From Armatimonadota bacterium (lineage in GTDB: Bacteria; Vulcanimicrobiota; Xenobia; RGZZ01), in the NCBI GenBank assembly GCA_016868975.1, contig VGFD01000001.1:1-45533 (forward strand): a DNA stretch of 45,533 nt, in the 5' to 3' direction. A model generated the notes under the pieces. The model did no database searches. It was not told where the DNA came from and worked only from the letters and a program-made list of their open reading frames with translations. A program made the position numbers and the translations under genes. Of the stretch, positions 1 to 8,468 are shown one piece after another (the first letter of the stretch is position 1; every line of letters starts with the position of its first letter).

Positions 1-1073
1 GTGCTGGCGAACTTGTTGGTCTGCATCTTCAAGCGCAGGTCGCTGGGGTTGTTGCTGATCTGGTAGGCGTCCTCCTCGCTGATGAAGCCCTGCTCCCAGA
101 GCCGCAAAAGATGGAGGTTCATTGACTGCATGCCGTAGAACTCGGCGCCGTCCTCCAGCGCCTTGTCGATGGCCGCCACCTTGCCTTCCTCGATCAACTT
201 GCGGATGGTGGGCGAGTTGATCATGATCTCCTGAACGGCCACCCGCCCGCTGCCGTCCTTCTTGCGCGCGAGGCGCTGGGCCACCACGCCGTGCAGCGTG
301 TGGGCCAGCTTCATGCGGACTTGATGCTGCTCCTCCGGCGGGAAGGTGTTGATGATGCGGTCCACCGACTGCTTGGCGTCGTTGGTGTGCAGCGTGGAAA
401 ACACCAGGTGGCCGGTTTCCGCCGCGGTCATGGCGATGGAAATTGTTTCCTGATCGCGCATCTCGCCCACCAGGATGATGTCCGGATCCTGGCGCAGCGC
501 GCGCCGCAGCGCTTCGCCGAAGGACGGCGTGTCCTGGCCGACCTCGCGCTGGTTCAAGATCGACATCTTGTCCTGGTGCACGAATTCGATGGGATCCTCA
601 ATGGTGAGGATGTGTTTTTTGTGCCGCTCGTTGATGTAGTTGATCATGGCGGCCAGCGTCGTGGATTTTCCGCTGCCCGTCGGCCCGGTCACCAGCACGA
701 TGCCATGCTCGGTCTCGGTCAGATCACGCAGGATGTCCGGCATCCCGAGCTTTTCCAGCGAGGGGATGTCCTTGGGAATCACGCGGAATACGCCGCCCAT
801 CCTCCCCATCTGGTGGAACACGTTGCAGCGGAAGCGGGAATAGCCCTCGAGATTGTACGAGAAGTCGGCTTCCTTGTCGCGCTGCAATTTCCCGAACGCC
901 TCCGGCGGCGCGATCCCCTGGATCCAGCGGTACATCTCCTCCTGGGTGAGCACCTCCCAGTCGGTGCGCTCCAGGCGCCCCTTGACACGCATGGCGGGCG
1001 GCAGGCCAACTTTCAGGTGGAGATCGGACCCGCCCCACTCCAGCAGAGCGTGAAAACACTGTTGAATTTCCAC
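1..1073 (-). CDS. pilU: PilT-family type IV pilus retraction ATPase, PilU-like paralog (3' end leaves the window)
   Basis: Absent from the ORF track because it runs off the edge. My translation from GTG at 1073 reads VEIQQCFHALLEWGGSDLHLKVGLPPAMRV... It carries Walker A GPTGSGKST, ILTIEDPIEF, Walker B DIILVGEMRD and ETGHLVFSTLHT. The tail GMQSMNLHLLRLWEQGFIS...NPSDLRLKM looks PilU-like. It starts 3 nt after the pilT stop. Confidence 0.85.
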   Translation of the reverse strand, partial: MEIQQCFHALLEWGGSDLHLKVGLPPAMRVKGRLERTDWEVLTQEEMYRWIQGIAPPEAFGKLQRDKEADFSYNLEGYSRFRCNVFHQMGRMGGVFRVIPKDIPSLEKLGMPDILRDLTETEHGIVLVTGPTGSGKSTTLAAMINYINERHKKHILTIEDPIEFVHQDKMSILNQREVGQDTPSFGEALRRALRQDPDIILVGEMRDQETISIAMTAAETGHLVFSTLHTNDAKQSVDRIINTFPPEEQHQVRMKLAHTLHGVVAQRLARKKDGSGRVAVQEIMINSPTIRKLIEEGKVAAIDKALEDGAEFYGMQSMNLHLLRLWEQGFISEEDAYQISNNPSDLRLKMQTNKFAS

Positions 1074-1076
1074 TGA

Positions 1077-2189
1077 CTACCTCCAGGCGGACGCGGCATT
1101 GGCAGCCACCGGCTGCTGGCCCGCCTCGACGCCCGCGTTGTAGTATTTCTGGACCATTTCCGGACTGTGCGCCTTGGCCGTGGCGTCTTCCATGCGCACC
1201 TTGCCCTCCCGCACGAGGTTGGCCAGGGCTTTATCCATGCCGATCATGCCGAGGCGCGCGCCGGTGTCGATCACGTTGTAGACCTGGTGCGTTTTGCCCT
1301 CGCGGATGAGGTTGCTCACCGCGGGCGTGGTGATCAGCAATTCCCGTGCGGCCACGCGGCCGTTGCCGTCGGCGCGGGGAAGCAGCGTCTGGCAGATGAC
1401 GCCTTTGAGCGCGCCGCCCAGTTGCACGCGCACCTGCTGCTGCTGGGCCGGGGGAAACACGTCCACGATGCGGTCGATGGTCTGTGTGGCATCCGTCGTA
1501 TGGAGCGTTCCGAACACGAGGTGGCCGGTTTCCGCCGCGGTCAGCGCCAGCCCGATGGTTTCCAGGTCGCGCATCTCGCCCACCAGGATCACGTCCGGAT
1601 CCTGGCGCAGCGCCGCGCGCAGGGCGTTGTTGAAATTGTGCGTCTGGCGCCCGATCTCGCGCTGGGTGATCACGGAATATTTCGGCTCGTAGACGAATTC
1701 GATGGGATCCTCGATGGTCAGGATGTGGTGGCGGTACGACTGGTTGATCAGCTCGATCATGGCGGCCAGGGTGGTGGATTTTCCGCTGCCGGTGGGCCCG
1801 GTCACCAGCACCAGCCCGCGCGGCAGGGCGCACAAATGGACCATCGCGTCGGAGAGGCCGATGGCCTCCGGCGACGGGACTTTTGAGGAAATCACGCGCA
1901 GCACGGCGCCCACGCCCTCGTTGTTGAGGTGCACGTTGAGGCGGAAGCGCGCGAGGTTGGGAATCGCGTTCGAGCAATCCAGCTCAAGGTGTTCTTCGAA
2001 GATCTGCTTCTGCTCGTCGTAGAGCAGCGCGTAGACAAGCCCCTTGGTGTCCGCGCTGGTGAGCACCGGAAATCCCTCGATGGGAATCAACTCGCCGCTG
2101 ACCCTCACCATGGGGGGCAGCTTTCCGCGGATGTGGAGATCTGAGGCCCCCATGTCGACCGTTGCCTTGAGGATGGTGAAGATATCCAA
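1077..2189 (-). CDS. pilT: Twitching-motility ATPase PilT
   Basis: Motifs GPTGSGKSTT, ILTIEDPIEF, VILVGEMRD, ETGHLVFGTLHT and the PilT-type AVSNLIREGKTHQ. I prefer the TTG start at 2189 (LDIFTILKATV...ASDLHI), which has GGAGG 8 nt upstream. The ORF-track start at 2243 is the alternative. Confidence 0.9.
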   Translation of the reverse strand: MDIFTILKATVDMGASDLHIRGKLPPMVRVSGELIPIEGFPVLTSADTKGLVYALLYDEQKQIFEEHLELDCSNAIPNLARFRLNVHLNNEGVGAVLRVISSKVPSPEAIGLSDAMVHLCALPRGLVLVTGPTGSGKSTTLAAMIELINQSYRHHILTIEDPIEFVYEPKYSVITQREIGRQTHNFNNALRAALRQDPDVILVGEMRDLETIGLALTAAETGHLVFGTLHTTDATQTIDRIVDVFPPAQQQQVRVQLGGALKGVICQTLLPRADGNGRVAARELLITTPAVSNLIREGKTHQVYNVIDTGARLGMIGMDKALANLVREGKVRMEDATAKAHSPEMVQKYYNAGVEAGQQPVAANAASAWR

Positions 2190-2262
2190 GGGCGATCCTC
2201 CCCTGGTGGTTTGATCCAGGGCCCTGGATCCCCCACCTGTCAAATCGGCTCAGCGTGATTCC

Positions 2263-3858
2263 CTACGCCGGCGGCGCAACCCTCTCCCCTCCCAGTCGGT
2301 GCGCGCGTCCTGGACTGGCCGGCGGCGTCGGATGCTGCCTGGGCAGCGAGAAGCGGAACGCCGTTCCCTCACCGGCGCGGCTTTCCACGACAATCTCCCC
2401 GCCCAGCAAAGCGACCAGCTTGCGGCACAGGTAGAGGCCCAGCCCGGCACCGCCGTATTGCCGCTGGATGGTCGAGTCGATCTGCCGAAACGGCTGGAAG
2501 AGCACCGACAGGTCTTCCTCGCGGATGCCGATGCCGGTGTCTTGCACCGTGATCCAGACGGCGTCCTCCGCGTCCTCGCAGCGCACGGACACGCCGCCTT
2601 CGCGGGTAAACTTGAGCGCGTTTCCGAGGAGGTTGTTGAGCACCTGGATGACCCGCCGCCGGTCGCTTTCCAGCTCGCGGTGATCGCTGCGATCCTCGAG
2701 GGTCAGGGAGAGCCCTCGTCGCGCCGCCGTTGGCTCGAAGGTTTCCACCACCTGCGAAAGCAAGTCGCCGACCCGCATCGCCTCAAGGGCGAGGGCCATC
2801 GTGCCCGACTCGATCTTCGACACGTCGAGGATGTCGTTGATGAGCACCAACAGGTGCTCCGCGGATTCGTATACGATGCGCAGGTTGCGCCGCTGCTCGA
2901 CGGTGAGCACGTCTTCTGGCTCGTCGATCATCAAGCTGGTAAAGCCCAGGATGGAGTTGAGCGGGGTGCGCAGCTCGTGGCTCATGATCGCCAGGAACTC
3001 GGACTTGAGGCGATCCAGCTCGGTGAGCCGCTGGTTGGCGTCCTCCAGGTCGCGGGTGCGCTCGGCCACGCGCGTCTCCATCTCCGCGTAGGCCTTCTGC
3101 AGCGCGGCTTCGTTCAGGCGGCGGTCGGTCACGTCGCGCACCAGCGAGACGTAATGCGTTTGGCCGCGGGACTCGATGGTCTTGGTGGCGGCTTCGATTT
3201 CCAGGCGGTGGCCATCGCGCGTGAGCAGCGTGGTGTGGAAGGCGCATGGAAGGCGCGCAATCTCGGGGGGCGACAATAATTCCAGGACGTTGCGGCCGAC
3301 CAGCTCCTCGCGGCGATAGCCGGTCATCCGGCAATAATGCTCGTTCACGTAGACACAATTGTCACCGGCGGTGACCACCACGCCAAGCCCGAGATCGCTC
3401 TGCGCTTGCAGCAGTTTCTGGTAAAGCTCCATCTGGCGGCGCAGCGCGTGCTCGATCTCGCGCTGGCCGGTAATGTCGCGAAACGACAGGTACACCTGGC
3501 GGATGGCGCCTTCGTTGTCCCGCAGAGGCTCCGCGCTCACCGACAAGAAAACCTCGCGGCCGTCCGAGCGAAGCAGCGTCCGCTCCTCATTGCGAATGTG
3601 CGCGCCGCTGCGGTAGACGCGCTCGATGAGGCTGTTTTTCTCGGTGATGGGCTGGCCGTCGGCCGCCCGAACGCGCTCGCGCCAGCCGGGATGCCGGGTC
3701 GAGGTTCCCACCGTCTCCCCGCGCGACATCCCCAGAATCCGTAAGCCCTCGCTGTTCACGTAGGTGACCAGCCCCTGGTGGTCAAGCAGCGCGAATCCTT
3801 CCCCGCTCGATTCGAGGATGCGGGTGAGAAACGTCGTGGGGATGGCTTCGGCGGACAT
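2263..3858 (-). CDS. Soluble PAS-PAS sensor histidine kinase (HisKA + HATPase_c)
   Basis: Start MSAEAIPTT is codon 348 of the 878-aa track ORF. There are two PAS-like segments. H-box SHELRTPLNSILGF, N-box NLLGNALKFT, G1 DTGIGI, G2 GGAGLGL. No hydrophobic TM segment is visible. The upstream 347 codons of the track ORF are Arg/Pro/Gly junk overlapping the FHA gene. Confidence 0.9.
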   Translation of the reverse strand: MSAEAIPTTFLTRILESSGEGFALLDHQGLVTYVNSEGLRILGMSRGETVGTSTRHPGWRERVRAADGQPITEKNSLIERVYRSGAHIRNEERTLLRSDGREVFLSVSAEPLRDNEGAIRQVYLSFRDITGQREIEHALRRQMELYQKLLQAQSDLGLGVVVTAGDNCVYVNEHYCRMTGYRREELVGRNVLELLSPPEIARLPCAFHTTLLTRDGHRLEIEAATKTIESRGQTHYVSLVRDVTDRRLNEAALQKAYAEMETRVAERTRDLEDANQRLTELDRLKSEFLAIMSHELRTPLNSILGFTSLMIDEPEDVLTVEQRRNLRIVYESAEHLLVLINDILDVSKIESGTMALALEAMRVGDLLSQVVETFEPTAARRGLSLTLEDRSDHRELESDRRRVIQVLNNLLGNALKFTREGGVSVRCEDAEDAVWITVQDTGIGIREEDLSVLFQPFRQIDSTIQRQYGGAGLGLYLCRKLVALLGGEIVVESRAGEGTAFRFSLPRQHPTPPASPGRAHRLGGERVAPPA

Positions 3859-3911
3859 GTCGAGCGGCGGCGGCTGCACGTTATGGGATTTGCGTGACGC
3901 CCGTGCTGTTC

Positions 3912-4649
3912 CTACGCGCAGACGTGATACGCGAAAATCGAGGCGCCCGCCTCGATGCGATCTCCGGAGCGAAGCGCGGCGCTCCCCACGACCGGCGCGC
4001 CGTTCAAGCGCACGCCGTTGCGGCTGTCCGCGTCGTCGAGACGGTAGCCGTCGCCGGTCCAGACGAGCACCGCGTGAACCTTGGAAACCTGCGGGTCGGG
4101 CAGGTGCACCTCGCACTCCGGCGAGCGTCCGAGCCGCGCGGTGTCGACCTGCAGCCACACCGTGACGCCCTTCGCGAAGCCACTCACGCCGCGCAGCACC
4201 GCGCGGGCACCCTGGGGGATGGCGTCGACCGCCGGTGGGGTGACCGGCCGGGTTTTGCGCGCGGGGACGGGGCGCGCTTCCGGCGTCGGCTCGACGGCGA
4301 AAGTGGCCTCGATGCGCATCTCGCCGGCGCTCAACGCCGCATCCTCGCCGATGTCCACGGCAAGGGGTCCGGTCAGCGCGTAGTCGCGAGCGTCCACCTG
4401 CTCCTGGAGAAACTCGCGGAGCTCTTCTTGCACCGCTTCCGCGACCGGCCCCAGTGCCCCCCGATCTGCCGGGGCGAGCAGCGCGCGGTAGGTGTTGGGG
4501 ACGAACGTGCTGCGCACGCTGAGGCGTTTCTGCGCCTGCATTTCGGCCGCCATGCGGCGGGCGATTTCCAGGGGATGAATGCGGGCGCCGGCGGCGCGTC
4601 CCTCGATCAAGGTTTCGAGGGCGCGCTCCAGGCGATCGAGCAGGCCCAT
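3912..4649 (-). CDS. FhaA-like protein: DUF3662-type N-terminal domain plus C-terminal FHA domain
   Basis: Start MGLLDRLERALETLIEG is codon 110 of the track ORF. The C-terminus RLGRSPECEVHLPDPQVSKVHAVLVWTGDGYRLDDADSRNGVRLNG is a typical FHA core. Confidence 0.8.
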   Translation of the reverse strand: MGLLDRLERALETLIEGRAAGARIHPLEIARRMAAEMQAQKRLSVRSTFVPNTYRALLAPADRGALGPVAEAVQEELREFLQEQVDARDYALTGPLAVDIGEDAALSAGEMRIEATFAVEPTPEARPVPARKTRPVTPPAVDAIPQGARAVLRGVSGFAKGVTVWLQVDTARLGRSPECEVHLPDPQVSKVHAVLVWTGDGYRLDDADSRNGVRLNGAPVVGSAALRSGDRIEAGASIFAYHVCA

Positions 4650-4654
4650 CGCTG

Positions 4655-5443
4655 TCAGGCGTGCGCCCAGGATGGCTTGCGCTTTTCCATGAAGGCGCGC
4701 AGCCCTTCGCGCCCCTCGTCGCTGGCCCGCACCCGGCTGATGGTCTCGGCGGTGAGCGCTCTTTGCCTGGCGGGATCCGGGTCGGCCGCCAGCGCGCGCA
4801 GCAAATGCTTTGCCTCGGCCTGCGCGGCAGGGCTGCCCTCGAGCATTTCGCCGACGATCGCTTCGACGCGTGCATCGAGCGCGGCCACGTCGTCCACAAT
4901 TTCGTGCACGAGACCCATCTCGCGCGCGGTGGCCGCGTCGAAGCGATCCCCCAGAAGGAAGTGCGCGCGCGCCCACGATCCGCCGATCTTGCGCAGCACG
5001 AAAGGCCCGATGACCGAGGGCAGCAAGCCGACCTTTACCTCGGTCATGCCGATGCGGGCCGCGCGCACGGCGACGACGACGTCCGCGCAGGCCAGCAGCC
5101 CGGCGCCTCCGCCCAGCGCGGCGCCCTGCACGCGCGCCACGACCGGTTTGGGGAGCTCGTTGATGGCGTGGAGCATCTCCGCCATGCGTGCCGCGTCCGC
5201 GCGGTTCTCATCCTGGGAGGACGCGGCCATGCGCTGCATCCAGTCGATGTCGGCGCCCGCGGAGAACGACTTGCCGTCGGCGGCAAGCACCACCACTCGG
5301 ACGCTGTTATCGTCGGCCAGCGCCTGGCAGGCGGCGGTCAGATCCGCGATCATGTGCTCGTTGAAGGCGTTGTGCACCTCCGGGCGGCTTAACGTAAGGG
5401 TGGCGACGGCCCCGCGGCGGTCCAGGCGCAGCGTGGTGAACAT
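4655..5443 (-). CDS. Enoyl-CoA hydratase/isomerase (crotonase) family protein
   Basis: Start MFTTLRLDRRGAVATLTLSRPEVHNAF has GAGGAG upstream. It contains SFSAGADI and VQGAALGGGAGL oxyanion-hole motifs. The stop lies 5 nt before the FHA gene start. Confidence 0.85.
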   Translation of the reverse strand: MFTTLRLDRRGAVATLTLSRPEVHNAFNEHMIADLTAACQALADDNSVRVVVLAADGKSFSAGADIDWMQRMAASSQDENRADAARMAEMLHAINELPKPVVARVQGAALGGGAGLLACADVVVAVRAARIGMTEVKVGLLPSVIGPFVLRKIGGSWARAHFLLGDRFDAATAREMGLVHEIVDDVAALDARVEAIVGEMLEGSPAAQAEAKHLLRALAADPDPARQRALTAETISRVRASDEGREGLRAFMEKRKPSWAHA

Positions 5444-5504
5444 GGTGGCTCCTCGATTCCGATGGTCGCCGGAGATTGTCCGATGCGCATGCGATTCCCT
5501 GCGC

Positions 5505-5538
5505 CAAAAAAGAATGCCAGGCCGCAAGGCCGGGCATT
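5505..5538 (-). terminator. Intrinsic terminator downstream of the 5613-6089 gene
   Basis: The minus strand reads AATGCCCGGCC-TTGC-GGCCTGGCATT followed by CTTTTTTG. This is an 11-bp stem with one mismatch, a tetraloop and a T-tract. Confidence 0.7.
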
Positions 5539-5612
5539 GACGCTTCTTGCTAGTTAACCCTATCGCAAAAGAGTATGTTACCCGTGCCCGGCGCGGGCCA
5601 AACATGCCCGGG

Positions 5613-6089
5613 CTACGTTTTTTTCGCGAGCACGGCGATGGCTTCGTCCACGTTCTTCAGCTCGGTGGCGACGGCCGGGTCCTCGCTGCCGGCCGCCAGG
5701 ATGTGGCCGCGGAGCGCGTGGGCCTGGGAGAGCGCCTCGTTGAGCTGGCCCAGGCTGAGGAGCTCGTTGACGTTGCTGATGCGCACCCGGATCTCGTGGA
5801 GCAGATCGCCGCCGGCCTTCGCCGCCTCGAGGTTCTGGTTGCGCGCGATGATGCGCAGCGTGGAGGACATGCCGGCCAGCATCTGGAGCGCTGACGAGGC
5901 GAGCAGGCCCAGCACGACTGAATAGAATCCGCTGCCCAGCAGCGCCAGTGCCCCGGGCACCATCCCCGGGTAGGTGAACATCACGATGGCGCCCACCACC
6001 ATGAGGCCGCCGCCCAGCAGCAGCAGCCACATCAACGCTTCGGACAGCACGATGACGCGGCGTTCGGTCTTTTGTAAATCCACGATCAA
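5613..6089 (-). CDS. Small membrane protein (two hydrophobic segments plus helical tail), unknown function
   Basis: Hydrophobic stretches LMWLLLLGGGLMVVGAIVMF and ALALLGSGFYSVVLGLLASSAL, with high GC3. The GTG at 6083 has a better-spaced GGAGG than the TTG at 6089. Confidence 0.6.
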   Translation of the reverse strand: MIVDLQKTERRVIVLSEALMWLLLLGGGLMVVGAIVMFTYPGMVPGALALLGSGFYSVVLGLLASSALQMLAGMSSTLRIIARNQNLEAAKAGGDLLHEIRVRISNVNELLSLGQLNEALSQAHALRGHILAAGSEDPAVATELKNVDEAIAVLAKKT

Positions 6090-6316
6090 ACCTCCCCGGT
6101 TGGTCAGGCAGGGGGCGGCGCAGCCGCCGCCACCATGGTTGTTAACGGCCTGCTGCGCGGCCTCGTTCCAGTGGTTTTACCGCCCGTCTCCCGACGGGCT
6201 CTGGAGAAGTTTTCAAAGTCGTGCCGGGTTTTCCTACGCTTCTCCCTGGAAGAGGAGCCTGACAGGCCCGGATCGAATAGTGGCGCGGCTCATCCCGCCT
6301 TCTGGAGGAACGTCCC

Positions 6317-6727
6317 GTGCGAAAGACCCTGTCGCTCCTGCTGCTGGCCGCAAGCTTGCTGTGCGGCGTTCCCATCCACGCGGCGCGCCACGAGTACCAC
6401 ACCATCACCACGCCGCTGACCGACAAGATGGGCGGAAACGCGCGGGGCACCGTCAAGATCATCTGCAACGGCGGCCAGGACGCGGATTGTCTTCGGGTGC
6501 ACGCCAGCGGTCTCAAGCCAGAGACCACCTATCGCCTGTTCTACGTTGAGCCGGGAACGCGCAAGCGGGCGCCGCTGGGCGATCCTCCCGAGGTGAAGAC
6601 CGACGCGCGCGGAGTGTTCCAGCTGGTGATGTACGGCAAGCTGTGTCCGATCGACAAGTACGGCTTGCTGGTGGTGATCGAGGAAGGCGTCACCATCATG
6701 ACGGCCGACATTACGGTGCCGGAATAG
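6317..6727 (+). CDS. Small secreted protein, unknown function
   Basis: GTG start with GGAGG 8 nt upstream. Signal peptide MRKTLSLLLLAASLLCGVPIHA. The mature part contains several Cys residues. Confidence 0.6.
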   Translation: MRKTLSLLLLAASLLCGVPIHAARHEYHTITTPLTDKMGGNARGTVKIICNGGQDADCLRVHASGLKPETTYRLFYVEPGTRKRAPLGDPPEVKTDARGVFQLVMYGKLCPIDKYGLLVVIEEGVTIMTADITVPE

Positions 6728-6786
6728 CCACGATCAAACCGATCTGGGGCTAAGTGCGCGGCCGATCGGACTTGCGCCGCGGACCA

Positions 6787-7167
6787 CTAAGAAGGGCTCT
6801 TTGGCACCGGCTGGACGGGCGCGTCGATGGTGTCCTGCACCGCCTCCAGGAACTCTTTCAGCTCGTAGGGCTTGCTGAGGGCGCTCAGGCTGCGCCGCGC
6901 GACGTCCCACTCGTAGTCGTCCAGGTGGGTGGAGATCACCATGCAGGGGAGCTGCGGAAACAACTCTCGCGCGCGATCGATCAGCTCGAATCCGTTCATG
7001 CCGGGCATGCGGATGTCGCTGATGAGCAAGGCAAACTCTTTGCGCTGCAAGCACGCCAGCGCTTCGTCCCCGGAGGCGGCGGTGTCCACCTCGTAGTACG
7101 GATCCAAAAAGCGCTGGGCTACCTGATGCGGCAAGGGCTCGTCGTCGACGAAGAGGATGCTTTTCAT
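6787..7167 (-). CDS. Stand-alone response-regulator receiver domain
   Basis: Start MKSILFVDDE, phospho-acceptor context LLISDIRMPGMNG, conserved LSKP. There is no output domain. The track start at 7242 is the alternative. Confidence 0.8.
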   Translation of the reverse strand: MKSILFVDDEPLPHQVAQRFLDPYYEVDTAASGDEALACLQRKEFALLISDIRMPGMNGFELIDRARELFPQLPCMVISTHLDDYEWDVARRSLSALSKPYELKEFLEAVQDTIDAPVQPVPKSPS

Positions 7168-7294
7168 CTGCCTTTTGGAGAGGTCCTCTACCGGGGCGGC
7201 CAACTCCTTCCAAAAATTCGGGAAACCGGCGGCAATGCCCATGGAAACAGGCCGCGCAGCAGGCCGTAAGAACGACGATGGCGCCGACCCGTGC

Positions 7295-8254
7295 CTAAAA
7301 TTTCAGGACTGTCCAGGCCAGCGCCAGGACGGCCGCCGCGGCCAGGGCCACTCCCAGGACGAGCGGCCACTGCGAGCGTGTTGCCGTGGGGGCCGCCAGG
7401 GGCGACCGCAGGGTGGTCACCACGCTCAGCGCGGCGTCGTCGGGCTCGATGCCCAGCGCGCGTGCGGCCGCGCCGACGCTCTGCGGCCGAAGGAGCACGT
7501 TCAGCTCGAGCATCGCCTCCACCGCCAGCGCCACCCGTTCCGAAATGTCCGGCCGCCGCTCCCGAAGCGGCTTGAGCGCCCTGGTCCCGGATACCCGCGC
7601 GCCGGATTCCGGTGGAATGCTTCCGCTCAGCACACAGTAAAGGGTGGCGCCCAGCGCGTACACGTCCGCGCGTGCGTCGGTGCCTTTGCCGTACTGCTCG
7701 GGCGGGGCGAACCCGTGGGTGCCGGCGCCCCGGGCGAGGGTGAGCGTCCCCTCGCCGGTGGCCGGGTCCAGCAATTTTGCGATGCCGAAGTCGATGAGCT
7801 TGAGATGCCCGTCCGGCTCCAGCATGACGTTGGACGGCTTCAAATCCCGAAAAATTATCGGCGGGTCGAGCGCGTGCAGGTACGTCAGCACCTCGCAGAG
7901 ATCGCGAGCCCAGCCCAGCGCCTGGGTTTCTGAGGGCGGCCCCGTGCTCAGGAGATGCTCGTCGAGCGTGCTCCCCTCGACGTACTCCATTACCAGATAA
8001 AAGGCGTTCCGCGCGTGAAAAAAATCATGCACGCGGGGCAGCCGGGGATGGCGCAGCTGGCTGAGCAGCCGCGCCTCGCTGTAAATCTGCCGCATGGCCG
8101 AGTCGCGCGCGGCCGGCTCGAAGAGGTCCAGCGAGATTTCCTTGATGGCGACCGGCTGATCCAGCTCCACGTGGGTGGCGAGAAAGACCGCGCCCATGCC
8201 GCCCTGACCGAGGTCGCGCTCGACGCAGTACCGTCCGTGCAGCAGCTCCGCCAT
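7295..8254 (-). CDS. Hanks-type Ser/Thr protein kinase, minimal, with C-terminal TM anchor
   Basis: Motifs GQGGMGAVFLA, VAIKE, FRDLKPSNVML, DFGIAK and APPEQ. The tail WPLVLGVALAAAAVLALAWTVLKF is hydrophobic. Confidence 0.9.
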   Translation of the reverse strand: MAELLHGRYCVERDLGQGGMGAVFLATHVELDQPVAIKEISLDLFEPAARDSAMRQIYSEARLLSQLRHPRLPRVHDFFHARNAFYLVMEYVEGSTLDEHLLSTGPPSETQALGWARDLCEVLTYLHALDPPIIFRDLKPSNVMLEPDGHLKLIDFGIAKLLDPATGEGTLTLARGAGTHGFAPPEQYGKGTDARADVYALGATLYCVLSGSIPPESGARVSGTRALKPLRERRPDISERVALAVEAMLELNVLLRPQSVGAAARALGIEPDDAALSVVTTLRSPLAAPTATRSQWPLVLGVALAAAAVLALAWTVLKF

Positions 8255-8468
8255 GCGCCTTCTTTCGGCAGTTGCCCGGGCTTAGCCTTGCAGCGGCGGC
8301 AATCCCCCGGGGTGAAATTTAATAGCGAAATTGCGCGTCCGGCGGATCTTGCGGCTCATCTTGAAACCGGTCAAAAGACCTACGCGAATAGGCCTCCGGT
8401 CGAGGCGCTCAAGACCGCGTTCTCGTGTATAATCCATGTTGTCATCGCTCTGTAGGAGGGGTCAGTCC

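Noticed and set aside
2263-4899. The 878-aa ORF taken as a single giant kinase.
   Set aside because: The first 347 codons are Arg/Pro/Gly-rich with no motifs. They overlap, in another frame, the well-formed FHA gene (3912-4649) and the crotonase 3' end. The recognisable kinase starts at the ATG at 3858.
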